From Eledone cirrhosa (taxonomy: Eukaryota): a DNA stretch of 64,000 bases. Positions 40,096-52,898 of this stretch are shown piece after piece (positions within the stretch are counted from its first letter, which is position 1; each line of letters begins with the position of its first letter). The notes under the pieces are model-generated. The model was not told the DNA's origin. It ran no database searches and saw only the letters and a list, made by a program, of their open reading frames with translations. The stretch spans positions 30,442,001 to 30,506,000 of the forward strand of contig OZ024754.1 in assembly GCA_964016885.1 (NCBI GenBank), given 5' to 3'. The position numbers and the translations under genes are program-made.

Positions 40096-40447
40096 CAAAT
40101 GTAGATTTTTCTTTAATTTGTATTCTTTTCCCAAATATAATTTTATATTTGTGTATGTGTTTATGTCCTGTAACTTTTGACAAAAAAGGAGATTGATAAA
40201 ATAACTACCAGACTAAGGGTTACCTATTTATCTGTCTGTCTCTCTATCTGCTTGTCTGTATGTCTGTTTATCTACTTACTAGCACACTGTCAGTCACTTA
40301 ACTGTACAATTACCTGTACACACGCTCACCAGTCAGTCTGCCAAGACTATCTATCTGTCTGTGTGTGTCTGTGGTCTGTCTGTGAGCCTGGCTGTGTGTC
40401 TGTGTATGTGTCTCTGTGTGTGTGTGTGTGTGTGTCTGTGCACTGTC

Positions 40448-40524
<77 letters not shown>

Positions 40525-41388
40525 ATGTCTGTGATATTTTACTTAGAAAAAAATCAATTCCATATTGGTTTTACTGCTGATCAAGCAAGGAAGGTGAAAC
40601 AGGTCATTGCTGGTGCTGCTACTGCTGCTGCTACTGGTGCTACTACTACTACTACTGTTGCTGCCACCACCACCACCACCACCACCACCACCGCTACACT
40701 CCACCCCACCACTGCTACCACCACCACCACCACCACCACCACTATATCTGCAAAACTGCTATAAAATACTTCAGACCCTCACCAAATCTCAGGTGTTCCC
40801 CACAAGGGAGCTCTGCTTCTATATAAAGGATAGTACTGTTGCTACATACACAGATATGTTAGACTGTATAAATAGAAAGGGGGGGGGGGAGGGGCGCCAC
40901 ATAACCTCTGTGTCCTCTCTCTTTATCTTCTACCACTACTACAGGGGCCTCTGCTTCTTCTCACAGTTAGCTAGCTGGTTTTACCACCACCACTGCACCT
41001 TGTCAATACCAGCGCCACCACTATCACCACCACCACCACCATACCTTGTCAATACCAGCGCCACCACTATCACCACCACCACCACCATACCTTGTCAATA
41101 CCACCACCACCACCACCACCACCACCATACCTTGTCAATACCACCACCACCACTATCACCACCACCACCACCACCACCACCACCACCATACCTTGTCAAT
41201 ACCACCACCACCAGTATCACCACCACCACCACCACCATACCTTGTCAATACCACCACCACTATCACCACCACCATACCTTGTCAATACCACCACAGTTAC
41301 AACCACCACCACAACCACCACCACCACACCTTGTCACTACTACCACCACCACTAGCACCATCAACTCTGCTTCAGCAATAAACTGTGT

Positions 41389-41479
<91 letters not shown>

Positions 41480-41529
41480 TAAATCCGCACCACCACCACC
41501 ACAGCTAATACAACTACAGTCATCATCTC

Positions 41530-43180
41530 TGTGACAGCAGCAACAGCAGCAGTAATATCAGCAGTATAAATAGTAGCAGTACCGCACTTAGCAGCACAAG
41601 CAGGAACAACAACAGCAGCAGCAATGACAGCAGCAACAGCAGCAGTAACAACATTAGCAGCAACAGCAGTAGTGACAACAATAACAACAACAGTAACAAC
41701 AACAGTAACAACAACAACAACAACAGCAACAGCAGCAGTAACAACAGCAGCAATAACAACAGTAACAACAGCAGTATCAACAGCAGCAACAACAGTAACA
41801 ACAGCAGCAACAACAGTAACAACAGCAGTAACAACAACAGTAACATCAACAGCAGCAGCAACAACAACAGTAACAACAACAACAACAGCAACAGCAGCAG
41901 TAACAACAGCAGCAATAACAGTAACAACAGCAGCAACAGCAGCAACAACAGTAACAACAACTAACAACAGCAGTATCAACAGCAGCAGCAACAGTAACAA
42001 CAGCAATAACAACAGCAGCAACAACAGTAACAACAACAGTAGCAACAAGAACAGCAATAACAACAGCAGCAACAGCAGTAACAACAGCAGTAACAACAAC
42101 AGTAACAACAACAGTAGCAACAAGAACAGCAATAACAACAGCAGCAACAGCAGTAACAACAGCAGTAACAACAGCAGTAACAACAACAGTAGCAACAAGA
42201 ACAGCAATAACAACAGCAGCAACAGCAGTAACAACAGCAGTAACAACAACAGTAACAACAAGAACAACAACAGTAGCAACAAGAACAGCAATAACAACAG
42301 CAGCAACAGCAGTAACAACAGCAGTAACAACAACAGTAACAACAAGAACAGCAATAACAACAGCAGCAACAGCAGTAACAACAGCAGTAACAACAAGAAC
42401 AGCAATAACAACAGCAGTAACAACAGTAACAACAGCAGTAACAACAAGAACAGCAATAACAACAGCAGCAACAACAGTAACAACAGCAGTAGCAACAAGA
42501 ACAGCAATAACAACAGCAGCAACAGCAGTAACAACAGCAGTAACAACAAGAACAGCAATAACAACAGCAGCAACAACAGTAACAACAGCAGTAACAACAA
42601 GAACAGCAATAACAACAGCAGCAACAGCAGTAACAACAGCAGTAACAACAAGAACAGCAATAACAACAGCAGCAACAACAGTAACAACAGCAGTAACAAC
42701 AAGAACAGCAATAACAACAGCAGCAACAGCAGTAACAACAGCAGTAACAACAAGAACAGCAATAACAACAGCAGTAACAACAGTAACAACAGCAGTAACA
42801 ACAAGAACAGCAATAACAACAGCAGCAACAACAGTAACAACAACAGTAACAACAAGAACAGCAATAACAACAGCAGCAACAGCAGTAACAACAGCAGTAA
42901 CAACAAGAACAGCAATAACAACAGCAGCAACAACAGTAACAACAGCAGTAGCAACAAGAACAGCAATAACAACAGCAATAACAACAACAGTAACAACAAG
43001 AACAACAACAGTAACAACAAGAACAGCAATAACAACAGCAGTAACAACAGTAACAACAACAGTAACAACAAGAACAACAACAGTAACAACAAGAACAGCA
43101 ATAACAACAGCAGCAACAACAGCAGTAGCAACAGCAATGGCAGCAGTAACAGCAGCAGCAGCAGCAGCAGCAGCAGTAAG
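41530..43180. repeat. (AAC/AGC/AGT)n compound trinucleotide array with an AAGAACAGCAATAAC higher-order unit
   Basis: Directly visible; source of the poly-N/S and poly-L ORFs. Confidence 0.93.
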
Positions 43181-43431
43181 AACATCAGTGATAATATTAG
43201 CAATATAAATGGTAACTGCACCATTAGTGGTATAGCCAGGTGCAGCTTTACTTGGTTGTTCACCACTATTGTCACTTCCCAGTCCCACCATTATACAACA
43301 TCACCACCACCACCACCAGCAACATGATTAGTATAACAACAACAAGAACAACCTCTACAGTAGTGGATCGCTATAGCTATGACAACAACAACACTAATAA
43401 TAATAACTATTCTTTCTTTAATAATAATAAT

Positions 43432-44105
43432 TGTTTCTACTTTTGGCACAAGGCCAGCAAATAACCCAGTACATTACTGGTACTTTATTTTATCGACCCC
43501 GTAAGGATGAAAGGCAAAGTTAACCTCGGCGGGATTTGAACTCAGATCATAAAGGGGGGTAACTCTATGCTTCAAAGCATGGCGTCTGACCCTCTATCAA
43601 TACTGCCAATCCACATAATGATTTCATTTATTGGCCACAGGGGCCGACAAGTAGGGGACAATACAAAGACAGGGACAGTAGGGGGGAGGGGGGTTACAAT
43701 AAGATTAAGTAAAATGCACAATAACAAAACTAATTTAACAATGAAAAATATATAATAGTAATGCTTAAGAATATTGGTCCAGCCCCCATTTTTGGAACAG
43801 CAAGGACCCTTCGATATGTCCTGAATGCTGCAGATAGTGGCTTGATGTTCATTTGGGCTAATTTTCCGGGTTAAATAAAATGACTGAGATATCAAATTAA
43901 TAATACTAATAATAGTTTCTGATTTAGGCACAAGGCCAGCAATTCTTTGGAAGGGGAAAGTTGATTAACTTAACCCCCGTTCATTACTGGTACTATATTT
44001 TATCGATCTTGTAAGGATGAAAGGCAAAGCTAACCTCGGCAGGATTTTAAATCAGAATGTAAAGGAGCATAATAATATGTCGCAAAGAAGGTTGTCAACC
44101 GCCCT
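43432..44105 (-). mobile_element. Two copies of a Meta-domain-like tRNA SINE (43432-43612 and 43914-44105)
   Basis: Minus strand TCTGAGTTCAAATCCCGCCGAGGTTAACTTTGCCTTTCATCCTTACGGGGTCGATAAAATAAAGTACCAGT (B box plus Meta-like domain) with (ATT)n tails. Confidence 0.75.
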
Positions 44106-44174
44106 AGGAATAATAATAATAATAATGGTTTCTTTATTAGCCACACAGGGCTTATATTAAGAGAACTATAAAGA

Positions 44175-46400
44175 CAGTACAGGGCAGTACAGTACAGTAC
44201 AGGGTAGTAAAGTACAGTACAGGACAGTACCGGGCAGTACAGGACAATACAGTACAGGACAGTACAGTACAGGGCAGTATAGTACAGGACAGGGCAGTAC
44301 AGTACAGGGCAGTACAGCACAGGACAATACCGGGCAGTACAGTACAGTACATGGCAGTACAGTACAGGGCAGTACAGTACATGGCAGTACAGTACGGTAC
44401 AGGGTAGTAAAGTACAGTACAGAACAGTACCGGGCAGTACAGGACAATACAGTACAGTACAGGGCAGTACAGTACAGGACAATACCGGACAGTACAGTAC
44501 AGGGCAGTACAGTACAGGACAGGGCAGTACAGTACAGGGCAGTACAGCACAGGACAATACCGGGCAGTACAGTACAGTACATGGCAGTACAGTACGGTAC
44601 AGGGCAGGACAGTACAGGACAGGGCAGTACAGTACATGGCAGTACAGTACGGTACAGTACAGTACAGTACAGGACAGGGCAGTACAGTACAGGGCAGTAC
44701 AATACAGTACAGGGCAGTACAGTACAGGACAGGGTAGTACAGTACAGTACAGGACAGGGTAGTACAGTACAGTACAGGGCAGTACAGTACAGTACAGTAA
44801 GGAAAGCACAGTACAGGACAGCACAGTACAGTAAAGTACAGGGCAGTACAGTACTGTACTGTACAGTATAGGACAGTACTGTACTGTACTGTACAGGGTA
44901 GTATAGTACAGTACAGGGTAGTATAGTACAGGACATTACAGTACATCACAGTACAGTACAGTATAGGACTGTACTGTACTGTACTGTACAGGGTAGTATA
45001 GTACAGTACAGGGTAGTACAGTACAGCACAGTGCAGTACAGTATAGTACATGACACTACAGGGCAGTACAGTACAGGACAGTATAGTACAGTACAGTATA
45101 GTACAGTATAGTACAGTACAGTATAGTACAGTACAGTATAGTACAGTACAGTATAGTACATGACACTACAGGGCAGTACAGTACAGGACAGTATAGTACA
45201 GTACAGTATAGTATAGTACAGTATAGTACAGTTCAGTATAGTATAGTACAGTACAGTATAGTACAGTACAGTATAGTACAGTACAGTATAGTACAGTATA
45301 GTACAGTATAGTACAGTACAGTATAGTATAGTACAGTATAGTACAATACAGTACAGTATAGTACAGTACAGTATAGTACAGTACAGTATAGTGCAGTATA
45401 GTACAGTATAGTACAGTATAGTATAGTACAGTACAGTACAGTATAGTACAGTACAGTACAGTACAGTATAGTATAGTACAGTATAGTATAGTACAGTACA
45501 GTACAGTATAGTACAGTACAGTACAGTATAGTACAGTACAGTGCAGGACAGTACAGTACAGGACAGTATAGTACAGTACAGGGCAGTACAGGGCAGTACA
45601 GTATAGGACAGTACAGTACAGTATAGGACAGTACAGTACAGTATAGGACAGTACAGTACAGGACAGTATAGTACAGGGCAGTACAGTACAGGGCAGTACA
45701 GTATAGGACAGTACAGTACAGTATAGGACAGTACAGTACAGGACAGTATAGTACAGGGCAGGGCAGTACAGGGCAGTACAGTATAGGACAGTACGGTACA
45801 GGGCAGGGTAGTTCAGTACAGGGCAGTACAGTACAGTACAGGGAAGTACAGTACAGTATAGTACAGTATAGTACAGAGCAGCCCAGGACAGTACAGGACA
45901 GGGCAGTACAGTACAGGGCAGTACGGTATAGGGCAGTACGGTATGGTGCATTACAGTACAGGACAGTAGAGTACAGGGCAGTACAGTACAGTACAAGACA
46001 GTACAGTATAGGAAAGTATAGTAGAGTACAGGACAGGACAGTACAGTAGAGTAAAGTACAGGACAGTACAGTAGAGTAAAGGACAGTACAGTAAGGCAGT
46101 ACAGGACAGTAGAGTACAGTACAGTACAGTACAGTACAGTGCAGGAGAGTACAGTACAGGGCAGTAGAGTTCAGTACAAGGCAGTACAGTAGAGTTCAGT
46201 ACAAGACAGTACAGTACAGGACAATAGAGTACAGTACAGTATAGTACAGTACAGTATAGCACAGTACAGTACAGTGCAGTAGAGTACAGTACAGGGCAGT
46301 ACAGTAGAGTTCAGTACAAGACAGTAGAGTACAGGACAGTAGAGTACAGTCGAGTACAGTATAGTACAAGACTGTACAGGCCAGTACAGTACAGTAGAGT
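44175..46400. repeat. Degenerate (CAGTA)n pentanucleotide satellite
   Basis: CAGTA, TAGTA, CAGGA and CAGGG 5-mers in phase; short inverted (TACTG)n patches at 44850-44990. Confidence 0.93.
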
Positions 46401-46509
46401 GTTTGTGGGGGGGGGGGGGTGGGGGAGTCATTATGAAGACAGTGTACAGCATTGGTGTGTGTATGTGGGGGGGGGGAGTGCATGGAAATCCCCAAAGAAA
46501 TATATTGTC

Positions 46510-46700
46510 AGCAACAACAACAACAACAGTAGATCTGTGTAACTATAGCAACAACAACAACAGTAGATCTGTGTAACTATGACAACAACAACAACAACAG
46601 TGGATCTGTGTAACTATGACAACAACAACAACAACAGTAGATCTGTGCAACTATGACAACAACAACAACAGTGGATCTGTGTAACAATGACAACAACAAT
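46510..46700. repeat. Minisatellite (AAC)n-AGT(A/G)GATCTGTGTAACTATG, 5 units
   Basis: Directly visible. Confidence 0.85.
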
Positions 46701-46702
46701 AA

Positions 46703-47266
46703 TTCTTTGTAACCTTGGTACAAGGCCAGTAATTTAGGGGAAGAAGGGAAAGTCAATTATATCAACCCCAGTAGTTGACTGGTACTTTATTTTACTGACA
46801 CCGGAAGAAAGTTGAAAGAACAAAGTTAACCTCAATGTTTGAATAATGATTTCATTATTGGCCACAAGGGCCAATTTGAATGATAATAATAATAATTGAT
46901 TCTACTTTTGGCACAAGGCCAGCAATTATCCCAGTGTATTACTGGTACTTTATTTTATCGACCCTGTAAGGATGAAAGGCAAAGCTAACTTTGGCAGGAT
47001 TTGAACTCAGAACATAAAGGGTCGTAAATTAATAATGATAATAATAATTGTTTCTACTTTAGGCATACGGCCAGCAATTTGTGGGAGGGGGAAAGTCAAT
47101 TAAATGACCCCAGTGTATTACCGGTGCTTTATTTTATCAACCCCGTAAAGATGAAAGGTAAAGCTAACCTCGGCGTGATTTGAATTCAGAATGTAAAGGG
47201 ACGTAATTTTATGCTGCAAAACATGTTGTCCGATGTTCTACCAATTAATGCCAATTCACCCGCCCT
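46703..47266 (-). mobile_element. Three more copies of the Meta-like SINE (46703-46836, 46899-47030, 47050-47266)
   Basis: Same GGCACAAGGCCAGCAA...ACTGGTACTTTATTTTATCGACCC...GATGAAAGGCAAAG pattern. Confidence 0.75.
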
Positions 47267-48505
47267 TATAGCCGGATCCGTCTTACATGCGACAGCAGGT
47301 GTTCGGCATAAACCCACAAGTCAGCAATGCTCGGACACTGGATGAGTGCGTGCAGGATGGTTTCATCGCCCTGTGCACATCTCGGACAGGCCCGGCTGAC
47401 GGCACTTCCATGTCTGTAGAGTTTATCCCGAACTGGCAAGGCTCCTCGGTAGCACTGCCAGGCCAGGCATTTCTGGAAGTTGTCCATGGGCCCCGGCGCA
47501 AAAGTTCTACCGAAGAGATTGGCTAGTTGGCTTTCGTCGACACCTAGAGTCTCCCCAAGGACGTTGTTGCTCTTTCCCTCCACTAACCCTCTATAGAACG
47601 CCAAGGCGGAATTTCCAGCGGTTGTATTGCTCGACTGGTTGAGGGCTGTAAGCGCCTGAAGACATTCCAGTCTCCAAGCGCTTCCTCTCGGTTTTCGTTT
47701 GATCTAAGACTGCATCTCCGCCATGGAGACAAGTTGGGGAAATATGTGTCTAGCAAAGGGCGACCACAACTGATCACCATCGAGGAAAAGGTGGAGATGT
47801 CGTAGGCTGAGTGCATCATCAGCCACTGCATGCCCAACTCTCCGCATAGCGGGTGTTGACAGCAGATGGACCGCCTGACCATCGGAGCACGTCCCTTCCA
47901 CAAAAAGCGAAAGTGCAACGCTCCAGTGCAGTTAGGTGAGGCTTAGGACAAGGTACGATGGTCAGGCGGTAGTAGATGACGGATGCGATGTATGCATTTG
48001 CCACCTCCGCTCGACCTTTCAGGGATAGCTTCCTCTCGGCCCATTTCTGGGTGAGAGAAGCCACCTTGCTTGTGACCTCCTCCCAGTTGTTGTCTGTCTG
48101 GAGGTTCGGACTGAACCAGACCCCTAGCAATTTAAGCGGTCCGTCTATCCAGCGCCCGACGACACTGTTGGATGGCATGGACCTACCTCTCCAGGTGCCG
48201 AGTTGCAAGGCTACTGATTTTTCCTGGTTGATCATTGTTCCCATCACTACCTTGTATTCTCTTAGTGTGGTGCCGATTGCCTCGATGTGTTTAGCATTCG
48301 AGACCACGACGGTGACGTTGTTGCATATGCTGACATGGTTCTTCCACATCCTAGTTCGCGCGGATACCCCTCAACGTCTCTACTTTGTGCAGTAATGGCT
48401 CGAGAGTCAATACGTACAGCAAGGACGAGAGAGGACATCCTTGGCGGATCGAGTGCATGATGTTGAACGGTTCCGAAAGGTGACCGTTCACTCTCACCAC
48501 TGAAG
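47266..48505 (-). mobile_element. Tx1/L1-clade LINE ORF2 fragment (end of RT to zf-RVT), frameshifted
   Basis: Minus strand VRVNGHLSEPF..SIRQGCPLSSLLYVLTLEPLL; LSLKGRAEVANAYIASVIYYRL; AWQCYRGALPVRDKL..CPRCAQGDETILHALIQCP. Confidence 0.88.
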
Positions 48506-48585
48506 ACAGACCCAGATAACTAGAGTGACTACCTTGATTAAATCTTAACCATCTAACATCTCAGGGTATGTCATGTATCATTTTA

Positions 48586-48647
48586 TTTATCTGATGAGGA
48601 CGTACTGTTGAACCTGATTCAAGTACCTCTGAAATATGTATAATAAA
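48586..48647 (+). ncRNA. Minimal type I hammerhead ribozyme
   Basis: Stem I TTTAT/ATAAA; CTGATGA 48591-97; stem II GGA/TCT, GTAC/GTAC, TTGAA/TTCAA; GAAA 48631-34; T-ATGT-A; ATA triplet. Confidence 0.78.
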
Positions 48648-48792
48648 ATTTAATTGATCACAAGAACATCTATTTTATTAATATTTGAATTTTAATATTA
48701 ATAACTCTGGAAAATATTTTCTTGTAGAGTGCTTCCAATCTACTGTAAAACTCATTCTTTGATGTACTCATTGAATCTTGTTTAACTCTTTA

Positions 48793-48826
<34 letters not shown>

Positions 48827-48829
48827 GTA

Positions 48830-48860
<31 letters not shown>

Positions 48861-48974
48861 GCAGAAGTTATATTTAATTTGTTGGTATTTCAACAAACTT
48901 AAAGGTTTATAACTGATATAGAGCACTCAACAGTTATGGTTTTGTAAATATAGTTTCCATTTATTAATATATTG

Positions 48975-49008
<34 letters not shown>

Positions 49009-49199
49009 CATCCTGGGATCTATCTGGGGTGACCACAGTAGGTAAGCCACTCAATACATAGTAGAATATATACAATATTTAATATAGAAATGGCTTCTAC
49101 AGGACTAGAACTGTTTCATTTGAAGGAAAACATCATATATATATGGATAAAAGTATATGTATGTGTATATATATGTGGGAGACATGGGCATTTGTATAT

Positions 49200-51203
49200 A
49201 TCATCATCATCATCATCATCATCAACGTTTAACGTCCGTGTTCCACACTTGCATGGGTTTGGACGGGGGTTTTCCCATTTGAGGCAAGAGTGATTGTCTT
49301 GCTCGCATAGGACTGTCTGGCGGGTTTTCTACAGCTGGATGCCCTTCCTAACACCAACCACATTTACAGTGTGGGGCTGGGAGGTTTTTACCGAGTTGCC
49401 TACACGGCCACATTACAGCGTGGACTGTCTAGCGGGTTTTCTACAGCTGGATGCCCTTCCTAACACCAACCACATTTACAGTGTGGGGCTGGGAGGTTTT
49501 TACCGTGTTGCCTACACGGCCACATTACAGCGTGGACTGTGTGTTTTTTGTCATGACACCTACACGATCTCATTTGTTTCGGCCTGGATGTTGTGGCACC
49601 AACATAACTTTACATTGAAAGGGGCGGTGTGGATGGGGTGGGGGTGGTGGGACGGGGTGTATTTTGTTAGAGATGCCTACTGACTGTAGTAGGTTTTACT
49701 TTGTATTTAGGTAAGGCGGGTCTTCTCTATTACTGAGTACCGCCAAAGGTCTCGGTCCAGTGACATTGTCTTGGAGAGGTGTAAGCGTGTGAGGTCGGAA
49801 TTTATCATGTCGTCCCAGGTTTTTCTGGGTCTGCCTACTCCGTGGCTACCGTCTATCTTTATTGCCCTGCACTTTGTTATACAGCTGTCGTCTTTCATGC
49901 GCATCACGTGACCATACCAACGTAGCCTTCTCTCGAGTAAACAACATCTGATCCCTCTTATTTCTAATTTTTTCCTTAGTTCGTTTATGCTTAGCCGTTC
50001 ACGTATATTACTATTACACATCCAGTGGAGCATGCAAGCTTCGTTCCTCTCTAGTCTGCGTATATCCTCTGCACACAATGCCCAGGTCTCACTGCCATGC
50101 AGCATTGCTGTTCGTATGCAGGCATCATATAACCTGCCTTTCATTTTTAGGGAGAACCCTTTAGCGGCTAATAGTGGTATAAGCTCTCTGAACTTTTTCC
50201 ATCCAGTTCTGACTCTAGCTACTGTACTTTCAGAGCACCCTCCCCCCTGCTGATTTTGTCACCCAGGTAACGGAAGCTGTCCACTATTTCTATAGAACCC
50301 TCTGCGCAATTGAAAGAGCTAGTATTTTGTGGGCACTTGCTGCTACTTATTGCACCAGAGCACCGGCCACATGTAAAAATCTATGTTCTTAGTTAGCTTA
50401 CCTGTGATCCCACTACATCTTTTATGCACCCATACTTTGCATTTGGGACATAAAATGGAGTTTCTACCTACGCCTTTCCTACACACTGAGCATGGCCATT
50501 TCCCGGAAGGGACCGCCGCCTTATTTTCTTTCCTACAAACTAGAACTTTAGTCTTAGCCAGGTTAATTTTAAGGCCTTTTGATTCTAGGCCGTGGTTCCA
50601 TGTTTGGAATTTCTTCTCTAGCTCGGTCATTGATTCAGCTATGAGCGTTAGATCATCTGCGTATAGAAGTTCCCATGGGCAGCCGGTCTTGAACTCCTCT
50701 GTTATAGCCTGAAGGGCAATAATAAATAGTAGGGGGCTAAGAACAGAGCCCTGATGGACACCAACTTTTACGCTAAACTCTTCACTATATTCGTTGTTAA
50801 TTCTAACCTTGCTGACTGTTTCTTTATACATGGCTTGTATAGCTCTTACAAGCCATTTGTCAACACCTAGTTTTCTAAGAGCCCACCAGATAATGGAACG
50901 GGGGACTCTGTCGAAGGCTTTCTCCAAGTCAACAAAAGCTAAGTATAGGGGTTTACTTTTAGCTAGGTACTTCTCCTGTAGTTGTCGTACAATGAAAAGA
51001 GCGTCTGTGGTACTTTTGCCTGACACAAACCCGAACTGCATTTCATCTAGATCAATTCTCTCTCTGATTAGTTGCGCTATTACTTTTTCCGTGACCTTCA
51101 TGACCTGGTCGATTAATTTAATGCCTCTATAGTTACACCTATCTAGGGCATCTCCTTTACCCTTGTAACAGTTAATGATGATGCTGCTATGCCAGTCCTT
51201 CGG

Positions 51204-51206
<3 letters not shown>
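49200..51206 (-). mobile_element. 5'-truncated RTE LINE: RT, Cys-rich finger, C-terminus, long 3' UTR and (TGA)n tail; 112-bp tandem duplication at 49310-49533
   Basis: QFGF..GKSTTDA, AFVDLEKAFDRVPR, GVHQGSVLSPLLF, LLYADDL, INLAKTK; [25 protein letters not shown]. Confidence 0.95.
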
Positions 51207-51270
<64 letters not shown>

Positions 51271-51445
51271 CTATCTATATATATGTATATATATATATAT
51301 CTATCTATCTAAGGCGGGTAAAATTCCCGAGATCCATGGATACATATATATGTATATATATGTATATATATGTATATATATGTATATATATGTATATATA
51401 TATGTATATATATGTGTATATATATATATATATGTGTATATATAT

Positions 51446-52317
51446 AGAAAAGAGGACAAAACCCTGATTCCGCCAGGGAAATGGCCATGTTCGATATGCA
51501 GAAAAGGAACTGGCATAAATTCTATAAAATGCACACAATGTAGATCCTGGGTACACAAGAGATGTAGCGGGATAGCAGGCAAACTAACAGGTAGGGAGAA
51601 ATATGTATGCAGTAGATGTACAGGGAAATTAGACAGTAGAAGTCGCACTGATAGACACATTTTTCAAATGCGAGAGGGCGCTATAGAAGTGGTGGATAGC
51701 TTCCGGTACCTAGGAGATCAGATTAGCATGGGAGGAGGGTGTTCCGAGGCCATAGTATCTAGAATAAGGACGGGTTGGAAGAAGTTTAGGGAGCTGCTTC
51801 CTCCGTTGACGAAGAAGGGTTTCTCCCTGCGTACGAAAGGCCGGTTGTATGATGCCTGTGTGAGGAGCGCGATGCTGCATGGTAGTGAGACATGGGCAGC
51901 TACCGCAGAAGATATGCGACGGCTGGAGAGAAATGAGGCAAGCATGCTCCGTTGGATGTGCAGTGTAAATGTGCGTGAATGACCCAGCATGAATGTGTTG
52001 AGAGAGAAACTGTGTCTGAGAGGGATAGAATGTAGTGTACAGGAGAGGAGACTGAGGTGGTATGGACATGTGATGCGCATGGAGGATGACCGATGGGTGA
52101 AGAAGTGCCAGGAAATGCCAGTTGAAGGAAGACGTGGTAGAGGTAGACCACGAAAAACATGGGCGGAGGTGGTGAGAACAGACCTCAGATCATTGAAGCT
52201 CACGGTGGAGATGACGAGGGACCGTGACGAGTGGAGAGATGCTGTGCTGAATAAGACCCGTCCCACCCTTGCAAGCAGGGAAAAGCAGACGTAAAATGAT
52301 GATGATGATGATGATGA
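51446..52317 (+). mobile_element. 5'-truncated RTE LINE of a second subfamily, ending in (TGA)n
   Basis: [53 protein letters not shown]; one in-frame stop at 51980. Confidence 0.95.
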
Positions 52318-52399
52318 TATATATATATATGTATGTATATATATATGTATATATATGTATATATAAATGTATATATATGTATATATATATATATGTATA

Positions 52400-52440
<41 letters not shown>

Positions 52441-52459
52441 GTATATATATATATATATC

Positions 52460-52490
<31 letters not shown>

Positions 52491-52562
52491 CTATATATAT
52501 ATATGTATATTATATGTATATATATATATATCTATATATATATCTATATATATATAGATATA

Positions 52563-52591
<29 letters not shown>

Positions 52592-52594
<3 letters not shown>

Positions 52595-52712
52595 AATGGA
52601 ATAGAATGAAACGAAATTTCATTTCTCACTCTTAGTACGGCACATACTTACATTTAAGTAAGTGCCGTATAAGAGCGAGAAATGAAATTTCATTTCATTC
52701 TATTCCATTTAT
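52592..52712. repeat. Near-perfect palindrome with arms of about 58 bp
   Basis: ATAAATGGAATAGAATGAAACGAAATTTCATTTCTC...TACTTA cattt AAGTA...GAGAAATGAAATTTCATTTCATTCTATTCCATTTAT. Confidence 0.9.
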
Positions 52713-52797
52713 CGTTTTCGGTGTGCCTGGCCAACTGAACTCACTCGATATGCAAATTAGGCTGCTCAGCCGTTAATATGCATAAGGAAAGTATATA

Positions 52798-52898
52798 CTT
52801 TTAGACGTTCAACCATCTGGCAGGAAGGTATACGATGCTGACGATAGTTAATAAGCTTGAAACTAGTACATCGTTCCTGTGTCAGTGTTGAACAAAAG
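52798..52898 (+). ncRNA. Type I hammerhead ribozyme with a long, bulged stem I
   Basis: CGATG/CATCG; CTGACGA 52838-44; stem II AGTT/AGCT; GAAA 52859-62; palindromic CTAG helix III; GTA triplet. Stem I continues as AGGAA/TTCCT, CTGGC/GTCAG, GTTCAAC/GTTGAAC and CTTTT/AAAAG. Confidence 0.8.

Noticed and set aside
34854-43327. Mucin-like Thr-rich, His/Pro-rich and Asn/Ser-rich ORFs
   Set aside because: They are translations of trinucleotide arrays open on both strands, with no signal peptide, domain or convincing splice context.
44030-46495. Cys/Tyr-rich ORFs
   Set aside because: They are translations of the (TACTG)n pentamer repeat.
51309-51341. Unique 30-bp island between the two RTE copies (KAGKIPE), possibly an RTE piece
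   Set aside because: Too short to assign by eye.
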